From contig CAZNUY010000001.1 of the NCBI GenBank assembly GCA_964576745.1, positions 1 to 50,798 on the forward strand: a DNA stretch of 50,798 bases. The letters are read 5' to 3'. The notes under the pieces are model-generated. The model was not told the DNA's origin, did not search any database, and saw only the letters and a list, made by a program, of their open reading frames with translations. Both the position numbers and the translations under genes were made by a program. Source of the DNA: an uncultured Candidatus Saccharibacteria bacterium (GTDB taxonomy: Bacteria; Patescibacteriota; Minisyncoccia; Phycocordibacterales; PALSA-1337). Shown piece after piece: positions 9,602 to 19,135 of the stretch. Position 1 is the stretch's first letter, and each line of letters begins with the position of its first letter.

Positions 9602-11176
9602 TTCGAGAATCAGTTGTTGAAAAGCGACATTTCGCGCCTCAACAGAACTGTATTCTCTCAGTCCTAACCTCTCAAATTCAGCCCTAAATTCAGGGTATGC
9701 TTCTTTGATTGGCTGGAACCATTCGTTGGCTGTGATGAAGACTTTGCCGTTTTTGATGTAGAAGTTTTGACCGAGTGCAGAGAATATCTCGCGCTTTCGC
9801 TGGAGATTGCCCATAACAAACTCCTTTCGGGCAAAGCATGCAAAGCTAAATACCTGCTCAGTGAGATCGAGCCACTTGGAAGCACGTCCCTCGGTTTCCC
9901 GGAGTTTCGCTTGTAATCGGGTGATCTTATCTTTTAGGATGTCGCGCTCTTTGACGAAGGTCTCATCGTCGATAAGATCTCGGTAACGCATCTTGGTGAG
10001 GTTATCAAGCTCAGTCTGTGACTCTACGACAGTTTTGTGTTGCATTTCATAAATCTTGGTACGGTCCTCAATTTCTTTGTCGTTATTGCGATTCAACGCC
10101 TCAATAGCCCAAGTTTGGAATTCGGGAAGTATGGTGTACTCCTCAAGTAAGAGCTCGATCTGCTGTTCGAGGTCGGCAAGAGTGATAGGGTTTCTCTTGG
10201 TGCATGTTGAGTTCTTCTTATTACCACCACAGTGATAGTAAGAATAATTTTTCATCTGGCCTGTCTTCTTTACCATTTTTAATCTTTCTGTAGCGGTATA
10301 CATTGAACCGCAAAGTCCACAACGAATAAGCCCAGTGAATGCAAATTCATGAGTCTGAGGGTGTGGTTTCCCAGCTCTATCAAAGATGGCCTGGACCCGA
10401 TCAAATTCCTCAAGGGTGATCATTGGTTTGTGATTACCTTTATAGATTTTCTTACCCCAGTGGAAATTGCCAGTGTAGAAAATATTATTGAACATTTTAT
10501 AAATCACACTCGGTGCCATCTCAACTCCACCGCTGTGTTTACTCTTAAGGGAACGGTAGCCCCACTCTTTGCTCGCAATCTCGGCAATTTTCTTTGGAGT
10601 GTAATTACCGGTGAGCATAAGGTCCCACATTTTACGGACCAAATGAAAACGTTCAGGATCAGGAAGGATAGTATGCTCAAGTCGCTCGTTAATATACCCA
10701 GCTGGTGCCTTCGAAGGGAACCAACCACGTTCAGCTTTTCCATGCATGCCTCGCTTGGTGTTTTTGCGTAGCTCAATGATGAACTGATTCGCCATGCCGC
10801 TTTCAACACTGAACAAAAGAACATTGTCATCAGGCAGATATTCACGTTCCATCGTTTGAATGGACTCGATAATGCCTTTCTGAAGCATCCAGCTGAGCTT
10901 TCCACTATCGATAGGATTGCGTGCGAGGCGATTGATCTGCCAGCAAAGAATTCCTTTTGCCTCGCCTTTTTCAATACGCCTGAGCATATCGTTAAAGATA
11001 GGTCGACCCGGCTGTTTGGCCGACTTTGCCTCAGTCAGAATTTCTTTGACTGAAATGCCAAGAGCGTTGGCTCGTTCTTTGAGCCTGTTCACTTGGTCCT
11101 CGATTGATTGTTCTTGTCGGTCCTCTGATTCAGAAGACTTACGAGCATACATGAAATATTGAACGTTTGTTGCCAT
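9569..11176 (-). CDS. large serine recombinase (integrase)
   Basis: N-terminal resolvase motif YARKSSESEDRQEQSIEDQ and INRLARN, a recombinase domain, and a Cys-rich zinc ribbon (CGLCGS...YYHCGG...C). The last 11 codons read antisense through the tRNA-His 3' half. Confidence 0.9.
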   Translation of the reverse strand: MATNVQYFMYARKSSESEDRQEQSIEDQVNRLKERANALGISVKEILTEAKSAKQPGRPIFNDMLRRIEKGEAKGILCWQINRLARNPIDSGKLSWMLQKGIIESIQTMEREYLPDDNVLLFSVESGMANQFIIELRKNTKRGMHGKAERGWFPSKAPAGYINERLEHTILPDPERFHLVRKMWDLMLTGNYTPKKIAEIASKEWGYRSLKSKHSGGVEMAPSVIYKMFNNIFYTGNFHWGKKIYKGNHKPMITLEEFDRVQAIFDRAGKPHPQTHEFAFTGLIRCGLCGSMYTATERLKMVKKTGQMKNYSYYHCGGNKKNSTCTKRNPITLADLEQQIELLLEEYTILPEFQTWAIEALNRNNDKEIEDRTKIYEMQHKTVVESQTELDNLTKMRYRDLIDDETFVKERDILKDKITRLQAKLRETEGRASKWLDLTEQVFSFACFARKEFVMGNLQRKREIFSALGQNFYIKNGKVFITANEWFQPIKEAYPEFRAEFERLGLREYSSVEARNVAFQQLILEWGGYRESNPN

Positions 11177-11242
11177 AAGTGGGTAATGTTAATTGATAAA
11201 GGGTGTTGCTGTGTTACCTTCTTCGTGGGCTAATTGCAAGTC

Positions 11243-12592
11243 CTAGAAGGGCACATCTTCTGCTTTTATCTCACTTACAGCACTATCCACCCCCGACTCG
11301 TACGCACTATTTATTTTCTCAGTTTGCTCAAGCTTTCTAACAGCTGTCGTAGGGTATGTCAGGAGTTGCCGGCGATCATTCGGGTCCGGTTCTTGGAAGA
11401 TAAGCCCGGCTGATTCGATGTTTGGCAGATAGTCGTAGCGAAGTCGAAACATGCCAAGGTTGCCACCGTAGAAGTGGGCATATTGCTTGAGCATGTCTTG
11501 TCGACTTACACCAGCTTTCTTTTCTTCGGGTACAGGATCACCGAATTCATCTACTTGATCCCGATTCCAAAGAGGCAGAATAATTTGCTGATAAAACTCA
11601 TAGAGATAAGGAGATATTTCAAGCTCTTGAAAGAGTGATATCTTATTCCAGATTTCAAAACCAGTATCAATATCAAGTTCAGAAGCATACACTGTTGAAC
11701 CTTCACGCTTACGATGCCAAACATTCAACAAGGTGACAGATTTGATGATGGAATAGATACGTTTGATGTCGCGCTGGTTTCTCGGTTGCGGATTTTTTAT
11801 GTGAGCTAGGAATTTGTCTTGGACCATTTTCTCATTCTCGATAATGATCTCATCAATACCTTCTGCTTTGATTGCTTGTATACGTTTTATAAGAGCCTTA
11901 CGGAGAGGATTTTCATTAAGCTCTTTGTAGTATTTCTTTTTGTCAGATTCTTTACGGGAAGATTGATGAATACCTGCAAAGATTTTTTCCTGATTAATTT
12001 CAGGACTAAGAAGAAGGAAACGAGTCATTTCTTGCTGGTCCATTTTGGCATTAGCTGAGCAGAATATAACTGAAGGAAAACCTCTCACAACAGCTGTCTT
12101 TGTTTTGGTCCCGCCTTTCTGAGTCTTATCGGTTATCTTGTGCCTAGTTTCTTTTTCATCATGTGATAGAAGTGATCGTAGTTTGGTGAGAAGTGTCGCA
12201 TGAGGCATATCAAGGAAAATAATGATCTTTCTTGATAGATCGATGAAGTGTTCATTTGTTTCTTTTTTGTACACGCCAGTTTCATGGAGAAATGAAGTCG
12301 GCGATGCGCCGGCAAGTTTCATCACGTCTTCCTGCGGAAAGAGATGAGATATCTCAAGCGGGATAAAACTTTTACCTGAAGATGATGGTGCATTAAAGCT
12401 AATATTAAATTGTGCATTGTCGGTGTAGGCCGCAAGCATGGCAAGAAAGGTAATAATTTTATTACCGTCATCTTTCTTGATGGTAAGGTCCAATACTTCC
12501 CGGACCTGATCGAGGGTGATAGGTTCCGGTGGAGTAATGCGGTCCTTAATCTTGTCGAGTTCCTCTTTGATTGTAAGTGACTGTAGGTTCAT
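11243..12592 (-). CDS. P-loop NTPase, possible element replication/helicase-like protein
   Basis: 449 aa with a Walker A-like NAPSSSGKSF and a Walker B-like IIIFLDMP; the family was not identified. Confidence 0.45.
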   Translation of the reverse strand: MNLQSLTIKEELDKIKDRITPPEPITLDQVREVLDLTIKKDDGNKIITFLAMLAAYTDNAQFNISFNAPSSSGKSFIPLEISHLFPQEDVMKLAGASPTSFLHETGVYKKETNEHFIDLSRKIIIFLDMPHATLLTKLRSLLSHDEKETRHKITDKTQKGGTKTKTAVVRGFPSVIFCSANAKMDQQEMTRFLLLSPEINQEKIFAGIHQSSRKESDKKKYYKELNENPLRKALIKRIQAIKAEGIDEIIIENEKMVQDKFLAHIKNPQPRNQRDIKRIYSIIKSVTLLNVWHRKREGSTVYASELDIDTGFEIWNKISLFQELEISPYLYEFYQQIILPLWNRDQVDEFGDPVPEEKKAGVSRQDMLKQYAHFYGGNLGMFRLRYDYLPNIESAGLIFQEPDPNDRRQLLTYPTTAVRKLEQTEKINSAYESGVDSAVSEIKAEDVPF

Positions 12593-12806
12593 TGTTTTGT
12601 AATTTATGTGTTAGTAATGGAAGTGTTTCGAGCCGTCGCTTATGAATAAGCTCGTGCTCTTCTTTGGTCATTGGCTTGTAGACGAGTTCCATCAAGCGCA
12701 AAAGCTGAGTCCCTTTTGCAAGAGCCTCATCTTTGCTTATATCCACTCCAAAGCGAGCCTTGTAGAGCTCTTGGAATTTCGTGATGTCTGCGTCCAAAAG
12801 CAACAT
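12546..12806 (-). CDS. small conserved element protein (paralog of 31681-31896)
   Basis: 86 aa. The segment ITKFQELYKARFG...LLRLMELVYKPMTKEE aligns with LEEFKEIWRQ...LLTLMDTVYRPVKKE of the other copy. Confidence 0.55.
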   Translation of the reverse strand: MLLLDADITKFQELYKARFGVDISKDEALAKGTQLLRLMELVYKPMTKEEHELIHKRRLETLPLLTHKLQNNEPTVTYNQRGTRQD

Positions 12807-12808
12807 GA

Positions 12809-13084
12809 CTATTCCGAGTAAAGCTTGTTCTTCAAAGCTTTAATGCTGTCGAACATAGAACGAGCCTTCACCTCGACCTCGTCAGTGAAGTATTTGTTGG
12901 CGTATTCCTCGATGCGAGGCTCACGCTTGAACATAAACAAGGCTTTGCGAGGATTATCGCGGTCCAGAGATTCAAGTTTGAATCCGAGGCACAGCAAAAA
13001 GCTGGCACAGCCCAAGTCGTATGTCGTAAAGACATCTGATGGATCGGAATCTTCCGGTGACCATCTGGTTTTCTTTTTGATCAT
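12809..13084 (-). CDS. small protein, DUF5659-like pattern
   Basis: TYDLGCASFLLCLGFKLESLDRDNPRKALFMFKRE... matches my memory of the DUF5659 pattern; needs HMM confirmation. Confidence 0.45.
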   Translation of the reverse strand: MIKKKTRWSPEDSDPSDVFTTYDLGCASFLLCLGFKLESLDRDNPRKALFMFKREPRIEEYANKYFTDEVEVKARSMFDSIKALKNKLYSE

Positions 13085-13115
13085 GGGTAATCGAATTAAT
13101 TGGTAATGAATGCTC

Positions 13116-13146
13116 TAAACAAAAAGCCAAAGCATTGTGCTTTGAC
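13116..13146 (-). terminator. intrinsic terminator downstream of the 13221-13844 gene
   Basis: On the minus strand, a CAAAGCA-CAA-TGCTTTG hairpin followed by GCTTTTTGTTT. Confidence 0.55.
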
Positions 13147-13220
13147 TGTAGTCGTCCGGGGGAAAGAAATGGACGGAACGATTATGGGTTTAATGTGGGC
13201 TCAATGTGACCCGAGGAAAA

Positions 13221-13844
13221 TCATGGCGCGAGCTTGTATCCAACGCCTTTTATGTTTTTGATTAAGTCTTTATTTTTAGCTTTCTTTGCAGGTAATATGC
13301 CGAGTGCCTCTTTGATATTACGTATGACAAAAGTTAGATTGCGTTTGGTGGTTTTTGAAACGGATGCGCCGAGTACGTCTGCATAGGTCACCTGATTATT
13401 TTTAGCTATGGCTAGTTTGAGAAGGACTGCGAACTCCTGGCTCTTAGGATTGAAAATAGCTTGGGCAGTATTTAAACGAGCGGTAGCGGTAACCTTATCG
13501 ATTGAAAGAGTGTTGGTCCCGATAGTTACAGAGATGAGATCATCATCGGTCTTGATAGGTTTAACACAATCACCAAAAGTGCTGATAACCCAGAAACTGA
13601 CCCCCTTACCAATAACATTAAGGTCTTTAATGAGCTTCTCTTGCTCAAGTTTTTTCAAGACGAGTATCTGTTCGTTTACAGGGAATGAAGGTTGATCCTT
13701 GAGTAGAAACTTTAAAATACCAGATGGGCTTATCTGAGCTCTTTCATGTATTAAATCTTTGATGAATTGTAATTTTTCTCCAGCCTTCATTTTATGGTAA
13801 TCGTAATATTCTCTTAATCTACTCTTTTTTAGCAGATTTTCCAA
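13221..13844 (-). CDS. putative DNA-binding protein with a C-terminal OmpR/CadC-type winged helix
   Basis: The C-terminus VIRNIKEALG...IKNIKGVGYKL resembles the trans_reg_C wing. The TTG start directly abuts a copy of the island-specific 23-bp motif. Confidence 0.5.
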   Translation of the reverse strand: MENLLKKSRLREYYDYHKMKAGEKLQFIKDLIHERAQISPSGILKFLLKDQPSFPVNEQILVLKKLEQEKLIKDLNVIGKGVSFWVISTFGDCVKPIKTDDDLISVTIGTNTLSIDKVTATARLNTAQAIFNPKSQEFAVLLKLAIAKNNQVTYADVLGASVSKTTKRNLTFVIRNIKEALGILPAKKAKNKDLIKNIKGVGYKLAP

Positions 13845-13845
13845 T

Positions 13846-13868
13846 ATAGTGAGCCTGAGTGTGGGGTA
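13846..13868. repeat. island-specific motif copy A (ATAGTGAG-N5-GTGTGGGGTA)
   Basis: Matches the copies at 31945, 32140 (degenerate) and 32277. Confidence 0.7.
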
Positions 13869-13909
13869 GCTAGACTTTCTGATTATCCCCAGTCATTTTG
13901 TTGCTGTAT

Positions 13910-13938
13910 TTGACATATACCCCTAGGGGGTATATACT
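13910..13938 (+). promoter_or_regulatory. csoR/cop promoter with an embedded CsoR-type operator
   Basis: TTGACA, a 17-nt spacer, then TATACT. The spacer contains the palindrome ATACCCC-TAG-GGGGTAT (13917-13933), the G/C-tract inverted repeat typical of CsoR boxes. Confidence 0.7.
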
Positions 13939-13945
13939 CTTGCTT

Positions 13946-14221
13946 ATGAAATACATAGACGAAAAAGGAAAAGAAAAAATTATTAAGCAACTCAAACGCA
14001 TTGAGGGACAGGTTCGCGGTTTACAAAAATTAGTCGAGAACGATACGTATTGCATTGATGTTATTACTCAAACATCAGCAGTCAAACAGAGCCTATCCTC
14101 TGTCGAGGATGTGTTAATGGAGAACCATTTAGGTCACTGTGTTCATCATCAGATGTCTTCTGGTCAAGTCGATAAAGCTAAAGGTGAAGTTCTCAAGGTT
14201 TATAAATTAAAAAGAAAATAA
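13946..14221 (+). CDS. csoR: CsoR-family copper-sensing transcriptional repressor
   Basis: KRIEGQVRGLQKLVENDTYCIDVITQ...HLGHCV carries the C-H-C ligand pattern. The start was moved to the ATG at 13946 because the longer ORF would cover its own promoter. Confidence 0.85.
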   Translation: MKYIDEKGKEKIIKQLKRIEGQVRGLQKLVENDTYCIDVITQTSAVKQSLSSVEDVLMENHLGHCVHHQMSSGQVDKAKGEVLKVYKLKRK

Positions 14222-14222
14222 T

Positions 14223-14783
14223 ATGAAGATATCAATTTATTTAACATTAGGTTTAGTAGTCGTTGGTGTAATATTGGGCGTTGCTTTTGGGTACTATATA
14301 ACTCCTGAATATAAAATATCGATGTATGATAAAAATGCCATGAGTCTTGGTCAGGCTGACAGGACTTTTGATCTTCGATATGTAAATGCCATGATTTCTC
14401 ACCATAGAGGCGCCATGCTCCTTGCGGAACAGTTGGCTAAAAATACCACTCGTCCAGAAATGAAGACTTTGGCACAAAATATTCTTGCAGATGAGCCAAA
14501 AGCTATCGCTGAACTGTATTCATGGAAAAAGGATTGGTATGGAGATACAAAAAGTGTGAGAGATCCGATTGTAGCAAATCTTGGTTCGGCAGGAGAGACA
14601 TTTGACTTACGTTTTCTCAACGCGATCATAGCTCACCATGAGGCTGGTATTGTTATGACAAAAGAGACACGACTAAAATCTAGTCGAGCTCAGGTATTGG
14701 ATAATGCCAATGCGGTCGAGTCATTTCTTTCAAATGGTTTGGAAATGCTCAAGGGACTTAGAAGTACTTGGTACAACATCTAA
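14223..14783 (+). CDS. DUF305-family protein (copper-resistance associated)
   Basis: N-terminal TM helix and a duplicated [15 protein letters not shown] / [15 protein letters not shown] motif. Confidence 0.8.
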   Translation: MKISIYLTLGLVVVGVILGVAFGYYITPEYKISMYDKNAMSLGQADRTFDLRYVNAMISHHRGAMLLAEQLAKNTTRPEMKTLAQNILADEPKAIAELYSWKKDWYGDTKSVRDPIVANLGSAGETFDLRFLNAIIAHHEAGIVMTKETRLKSSRAQVLDNANAVESFLSNGLEMLKGLRSTWYNI

Positions 14784-14788
14784 TAATC

Positions 14789-17047
14789 ATGATTACACAA
14801 ATTTTAAAAGTTAAGGGGATGCATTGTGCTAGTTGTGCTTCAATCATTACCAAGAAGCTCACTGCAATGCCTCATGTTAAATCGGTCTCGGTAAATTATG
14901 GAAATGAAAAAGCTAAGATCGACTATGATGATGCTCATACATCAATTGACTCAATGAATGATGAGATACGCAAGCTCGGATACTCTTTTGTCTCGGAAAA
15001 TAATCAGGCCAAGAGTGATCATGATCATGCTCTCATGAAAGTAGATGAACTGGATGAACTTAGAAATAAAACTGAGTTTATCATTCCAGTCACAATCACG
15101 GTATTTGCTCTTATGATGTGGGACATTCTTGCTCGAACGACCACATGGATGCCAAATTTGCCAATTCCGATGGCACTTTTCAATACGATTTCAATGGTTA
15201 TAGCGACCATAGCTTTATTCTGGGTTGGCAAACCGTATTTACTTGGTGTAACAAGATTCATAAGACATCGTGTTGCGAACATGGACACCCTCATTGGTCT
15301 CGGTACGCTTGTTGCTTATACCTACAGTATCCTTATAACACTTTTGCCTTCCTTGGGAACATTATTGCGTGTACCCGAGTATACCTATTTTGACGTAACA
15401 ATTGTTGTTATCGGTTTTATAACATTAGGCAAATATCTAGAAGCACGATCGAAGAAGAAAACCGGAGATGCTATTGAAAAATTACTAAATCTTCAGGCAA
15501 AAACAGCTCTAGTTATCCGTAACGGTAAGGAGATGGAAGTAAAAATTGATGAAGTCGTTCACGGCGACAGAATTATCATAAAGCCGGGTAGTAAAATTCC
15601 GGTTGACGGGCTAGTTCTTGAAGGTAGTTCATTTGTTGATGAATCGATGGTCACTGGTGAACCGATTGCCGTTGAAAAAAAGATTGGTGATAGCGTTGTC
15701 GCTGGAACGATCAATACTAGTGGCTCATTTGTGTTTGAAGCTAAAAAGGTCGGTAAAGAAACTCTGTTATCTCAAATTATTAAAATGGTTGAAGATGCGC
15801 AGGGTAGCAAAGCGCCTATTGAGGCTCTTGCAGATAAGATATCGGGCATATTTGTTCCAATTGTGCTCATCATTGCTTTTGTTTCTCTTATCATCTGGCT
15901 TGTGGTCGGATCTCAATTCATCGGTTTTTCTCAATCAGTGTCTCTGGGTATTTTGTCTTTTGTAAGTGTCCTCGTGATTGCTTGTCCTTGTGCTCTTGGT
16001 CTTGCAACTCCTACTGCCATTATTGTTGGTGTTGGTAAAGGTGCTCGAAATGGAATTCTTATCAAAGATGCGGCATCACTTGAACACTTACATAAGGTAG
16101 ATACGGTTGTGGTGGACAAAACAGGCACTATTACATTAGGCAAGCCAACAGTTGTTGATATTCATAATGAATCCAAATTGAGTAACGATGATTTCATTCG
16201 CATTATCGCAACACTCGAAAGTAAATCTGAACATCCCATTGCACATGCAATTACTCAATATGCTCATGACAAAAACATATCTTTAGCAAAAGCATTAAAC
16301 TTCTCAATTATTCAAGGTAAGGGTTTGAAAGGTGTTGTGGACGATAAAGAATATTTTATTGGAAACGCTCAATTGATGAGTGAACTTAAAATTTCTTTCA
16401 ATCAAAACCAGTTAGACCAATATACCTCAGAAGGGAAGACACCTGTTCTTATAAGTACCAAAGACAACTTTCTTGGATTTGTTATGGTCGCAGATGAAGT
16501 GAAGAGAGAATCAAAAGATGCGGTAGCGAGTTTACACAAGCTCGGCATAAAAGTAGTTATGCTTACCGGTGATGAAGAGAAAACTGCAAAATATATAGCT
16601 TCGCAAGTTGGTATAGACGAAGTGATTGCACATGTATTACCACAGGACAAGATGGACAAGATCAAGGCGTTACAAGCACAAGGTAAAATCGTGGCCATGG
16701 CTGGTGATGGTGTGAATGACGCGCCAGCGCTCGCACAAGCCAATGTTGGTATTGCTATGGGTACTGGAACTGATGTAGCAATAGAATCAGCAGGCATAAC
16801 ACTTCTTCATGGTGATATCTCAAAACTAGTAAAGGCTATTAAACTCTCAAAGATAACTATGCGAGGGATTAAGCAAAACCTCTTCTGGGCTTTTATCTAC
16901 AATGTTGTTGGCATTCCACTTGCCGCCGGTTTGTTTTATCCACTCTTCGGTTGGTTGTTGAACCCAATATTCGCAGGTTTTGCCATGGCTATGTCGTCGG
17001 TGTCGGTTGTATCAAATTCACTTCGTATTAAAGCTAAAAAATTATAA
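14789..17047 (+). CDS. copA: copper-translocating P1B-type ATPase
   Basis: HMA motif [11 protein letters not shown] in the TM helix, DKTGT phosphorylation site and GDGVNDAP hinge. Confidence 0.92.
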   Translation: MITQILKVKGMHCASCASIITKKLTAMPHVKSVSVNYGNEKAKIDYDDAHTSIDSMNDEIRKLGYSFVSENNQAKSDHDHALMKVDELDELRNKTEFIIPVTITVFALMMWDILARTTTWMPNLPIPMALFNTISMVIATIALFWVGKPYLLGVTRFIRHRVANMDTLIGLGTLVAYTYSILITLLPSLGTLLRVPEYTYFDVTIVVIGFITLGKYLEARSKKKTGDAIEKLLNLQAKTALVIRNGKEMEVKIDEVVHGDRIIIKPGSKIPVDGLVLEGSSFVDESMVTGEPIAVEKKIGDSVVAGTINTSGSFVFEAKKVGKETLLSQIIKMVEDAQGSKAPIEALADKISGIFVPIVLIIAFVSLIIWLVVGSQFIGFSQSVSLGILSFVSVLVIACPCALGLATPTAIIVGVGKGARNGILIKDAASLEHLHKVDTVVVDKTGTITLGKPTVVDIHNESKLSNDDFIRIIATLESKSEHPIAHAITQYAHDKNISLAKALNFSIIQGKGLKGVVDDKEYFIGNAQLMSELKISFNQNQLDQYTSEGKTPVLISTKDNFLGFVMVADEVKRESKDAVASLHKLGIKVVMLTGDEEKTAKYIASQVGIDEVIAHVLPQDKMDKIKALQAQGKIVAMAGDGVNDAPALAQANVGIAMGTGTDVAIESAGITLLHGDISKLVKAIKLSKITMRGIKQNLFWAFIYNVVGIPLAAGLFYPLFGWLLNPIFAGFAMAMSSVSVVSNSLRIKAKKL

Positions 17048-17052
17048 TTACT

Positions 17053-18084
17053 ATGAACACACAAACACAAAAATACACTTTCCACGTTCATGGCATGCAC
17101 TGCAATGCATGTGTGCTCATGATAGAGAGTGAGCTTGGTGATCTGCCAAATATCACTCATGTTAAGTCGAGTCTCAACAATCATTCGGTAGAAGTTATTG
17201 GTGATTTTGGAAATAAAACACCAGAACTGATTGCTATAGAACTCACAGTGCCACTCAAATCACACGGATATACTGTATCAGTTGAAAAACAAGTTCATGA
17301 CAAAAAATGGTCAGACTTTAAGATTGCAGTACCAATAGCTTTAGGTTTTGCTGTGCTCTTTGTTATGTTGCAGAAAATGGGAATCGTAAATCTTGTCAGT
17401 GCGGGAAACGTAACTTATGGAACGGCATTTGTGATTGGCATCATTGCATCACTTTCAACCTGTATGGCAGTAGTTGGCGGTTTAGTTCTCTCAATGTCAG
17501 CTACATTTGCCAAAGAAGGAGATAAGGTGAGACCTCAACTCATGTTCCATATTGGGAGAATAGTTTCTTTTTTTATTCTCGGTGGTGTTATTGGCGCAAT
17601 TGGATCAGCTTTTACATTAAATACCTCTGCAACATTTATACTGGGTTTGATTATTGGGATAGTTATGTTCATTCTCGGTATCAATCTCCTTGATACATTC
17701 CCTTGGGCTAAAAAACTTCAGCCATCGATGCCAAAGTTTATTGCAAAACATGCTCACGGTGTTTCAAGGTTCAATCATACACTTACTCCGCTTCTTGTCG
17801 GTATTGCAACATTCTTCCTGCCATGCGGATTCACTCAATCAATGCAACTTTATACACTCACAACAGGAAGTTTCTTACAGGGCGGGCTCACCATGCTTGC
17901 ATTTGCACTCGGCACATTACCAGTCCTGGCTCTTATTAGTTTCAGTTCATTCAGTATTCAAAAAAGTTCAAAGGCTGGAATATTCTTCAAAACTGCAGGA
18001 CTTATCGTGATTATGTTCGCAGTATTTAATCTTATTAATAGCTTGGTGGTAATCGGATTTTTACCTCCCATATTTAATTTTTAG
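17053..18084 (+). CDS. HMA-domain fused to a TauE/SafE- or DsbD-like polytopic permease
   Basis: N-terminal GMHCNAC metal-binding domain followed by about 6-7 TM helices. Confidence 0.6.
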   Translation: MNTQTQKYTFHVHGMHCNACVLMIESELGDLPNITHVKSSLNNHSVEVIGDFGNKTPELIAIELTVPLKSHGYTVSVEKQVHDKKWSDFKIAVPIALGFAVLFVMLQKMGIVNLVSAGNVTYGTAFVIGIIASLSTCMAVVGGLVLSMSATFAKEGDKVRPQLMFHIGRIVSFFILGGVIGAIGSAFTLNTSATFILGLIIGIVMFILGINLLDTFPWAKKLQPSMPKFIAKHAHGVSRFNHTLTPLLVGIATFFLPCGFTQSMQLYTLTTGSFLQGGLTMLAFALGTLPVLALISFSSFSIQKSSKAGIFFKTAGLIVIMFAVFNLINSLVVIGFLPPIFNF

Positions 18085-18097
18085 TATAATCATATTT

Positions 18098-18487
18098 ATG
18101 AAAGCAACCGTATTATCAATAATCATAGCGATCGTTCTCATTGGCGGGGCTTTTATGCTCGCAAATAACAATAGTGCTACAAATTCCACAGCGAATGTGA
18201 ACAATGTAAGTATTGTTGATGGTAAACAAATAATTGAGATTACTGCGCGTGGCGGTTACCAACCTAGAAATAGTGTGGCCAAAGCGGGGGTCCCAACAAT
18301 AATAAGATTTGAAACCAGCGGGACATTTGATTGTTCATCATCCGTTAGGATTCCAAGCATGAATATCTTCAAGTCTCTTCCTCAAACAGGATCTACAGAT
18401 ATTGATGTCGGAACTCAATCAGTTGGTAAACTTGTGGGTTCCTGTGGAATGGGTATGTATCCTTTTTCAGTTGAATTTAAGAGCTAG
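18098..18487 (+). CDS. cupredoxin-like domain protein
   Basis: Signal anchor, then EITARGGYQP...AKAGVP...C...GSCGMGMY, the pattern seen in small cupredoxin-fold proteins next to HMA permeases. Confidence 0.55.
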   Translation: MKATVLSIIIAIVLIGGAFMLANNNSATNSTANVNNVSIVDGKQIIEITARGGYQPRNSVAKAGVPTIIRFETSGTFDCSSSVRIPSMNIFKSLPQTGSTDIDVGTQSVGKLVGSCGMGMYPFSVEFKS

Positions 18488-18498
18488 ACTTCTTCAGA

Positions 18499-18855
18499 GT
18501 GTTCCGGTATGTTCGTTGTGCGATGAAAACATTTATAAAAGCACGGGCGAAAGATACCAATGGCACAAGCTTTGTTGGCTATCTTCAAGCGGATTATGAG
18601 CACATGTTCGCATTATTTAGCTTTCCCAATGATAGGACCAGAGATGATGAGTGGAGATCATCGAACAAGAAGACTCGCTTTGAGTGGGCGTTCAAAACTA
18701 ATGGTAAGAAACCAACGGTAGTCACAATTTATGACTACAAAGATAATCGACAGCTTGAAGACATCGATATGTGGCACGTGGGGTATAAGGGGTCCGAGAA
18801 GGATGTTAAGGATTTCTTTAGAAAGCTTCATTTGTTTGTAATGCCGAAAGTATAA
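18499..18855 (+). CDS. hypothetical protein
   Basis: 118-aa ORF (likely start at the ATG at 18523); no motif recognised. Confidence 0.4.
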   Translation: MFRYVRCAMKTFIKARAKDTNGTSFVGYLQADYEHMFALFSFPNDRTRDDEWRSSNKKTRFEWAFKTNGKKPTVVTIYDYKDNRQLEDIDMWHVGYKGSEKDVKDFFRKLHLFVMPKV

Positions 18856-19097
18856 GAGCAGTTATTTGGAATTTCCGAATAACTCAAAAGTGAGCTAGAT
18901 GTAAGGCTAAACCTAACATCCAGCTACAAAATGAGAAAAACGGAACTTTTAATTTGAAATCGGTGTATTAAAAGTTAGGGGCTTAACTTTTAACGATAGC
19001 TTTTTCGTGAATTCCCTTGTTTTTCTTGGGCGTAATAAGATTTAAGCCATCAAAAACGTGAATTTGTGCCTATTTTATCCATATTTTCACGATTATC

Positions 19098-19126
19098 TTG
19101 ACTAAAACAGTGAAAATGGCTATACT
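19098..19126 (+). promoter_or_regulatory. sigma70-like promoter for the fic/hsd operon
   Basis: TTGACT, a 17-nt spacer, then TATACT, ending 9 nt before the fic ATG (near-leaderless). Confidence 0.5.
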
Positions 19127-19135
19127 ATATGGCAT

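Noticed and set aside
13846-13868. Resemblance of the minus-strand motif end (GGCTCACTATA) to the T7-class phage promoter core (GACTCACTATA)
   Set aside because: The similarity covers only about 9-10 nt, no single-subunit RNA polymerase gene is in the window, and at 13846 the motif would place a start site inside the downstream CDS. It is kept only as an unexplained repeat.
15025-17184. Multiple 70-130-aa ORFs inside or antisense to copA (for example 15618-15965, 16402-16797 and 16936-17184)
   Set aside because: They are shadow ORFs within a full-length P-type ATPase that has all its signature motifs in a single frame.
18856-19097. Four GTGAA(T/A)T repeats and two imperfect palindromes upstream of fic as a defined operator array
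   Set aside because: The repeats are short and degenerate and could arise by chance in 240 nt. They are mentioned under the fic finding but not annotated.
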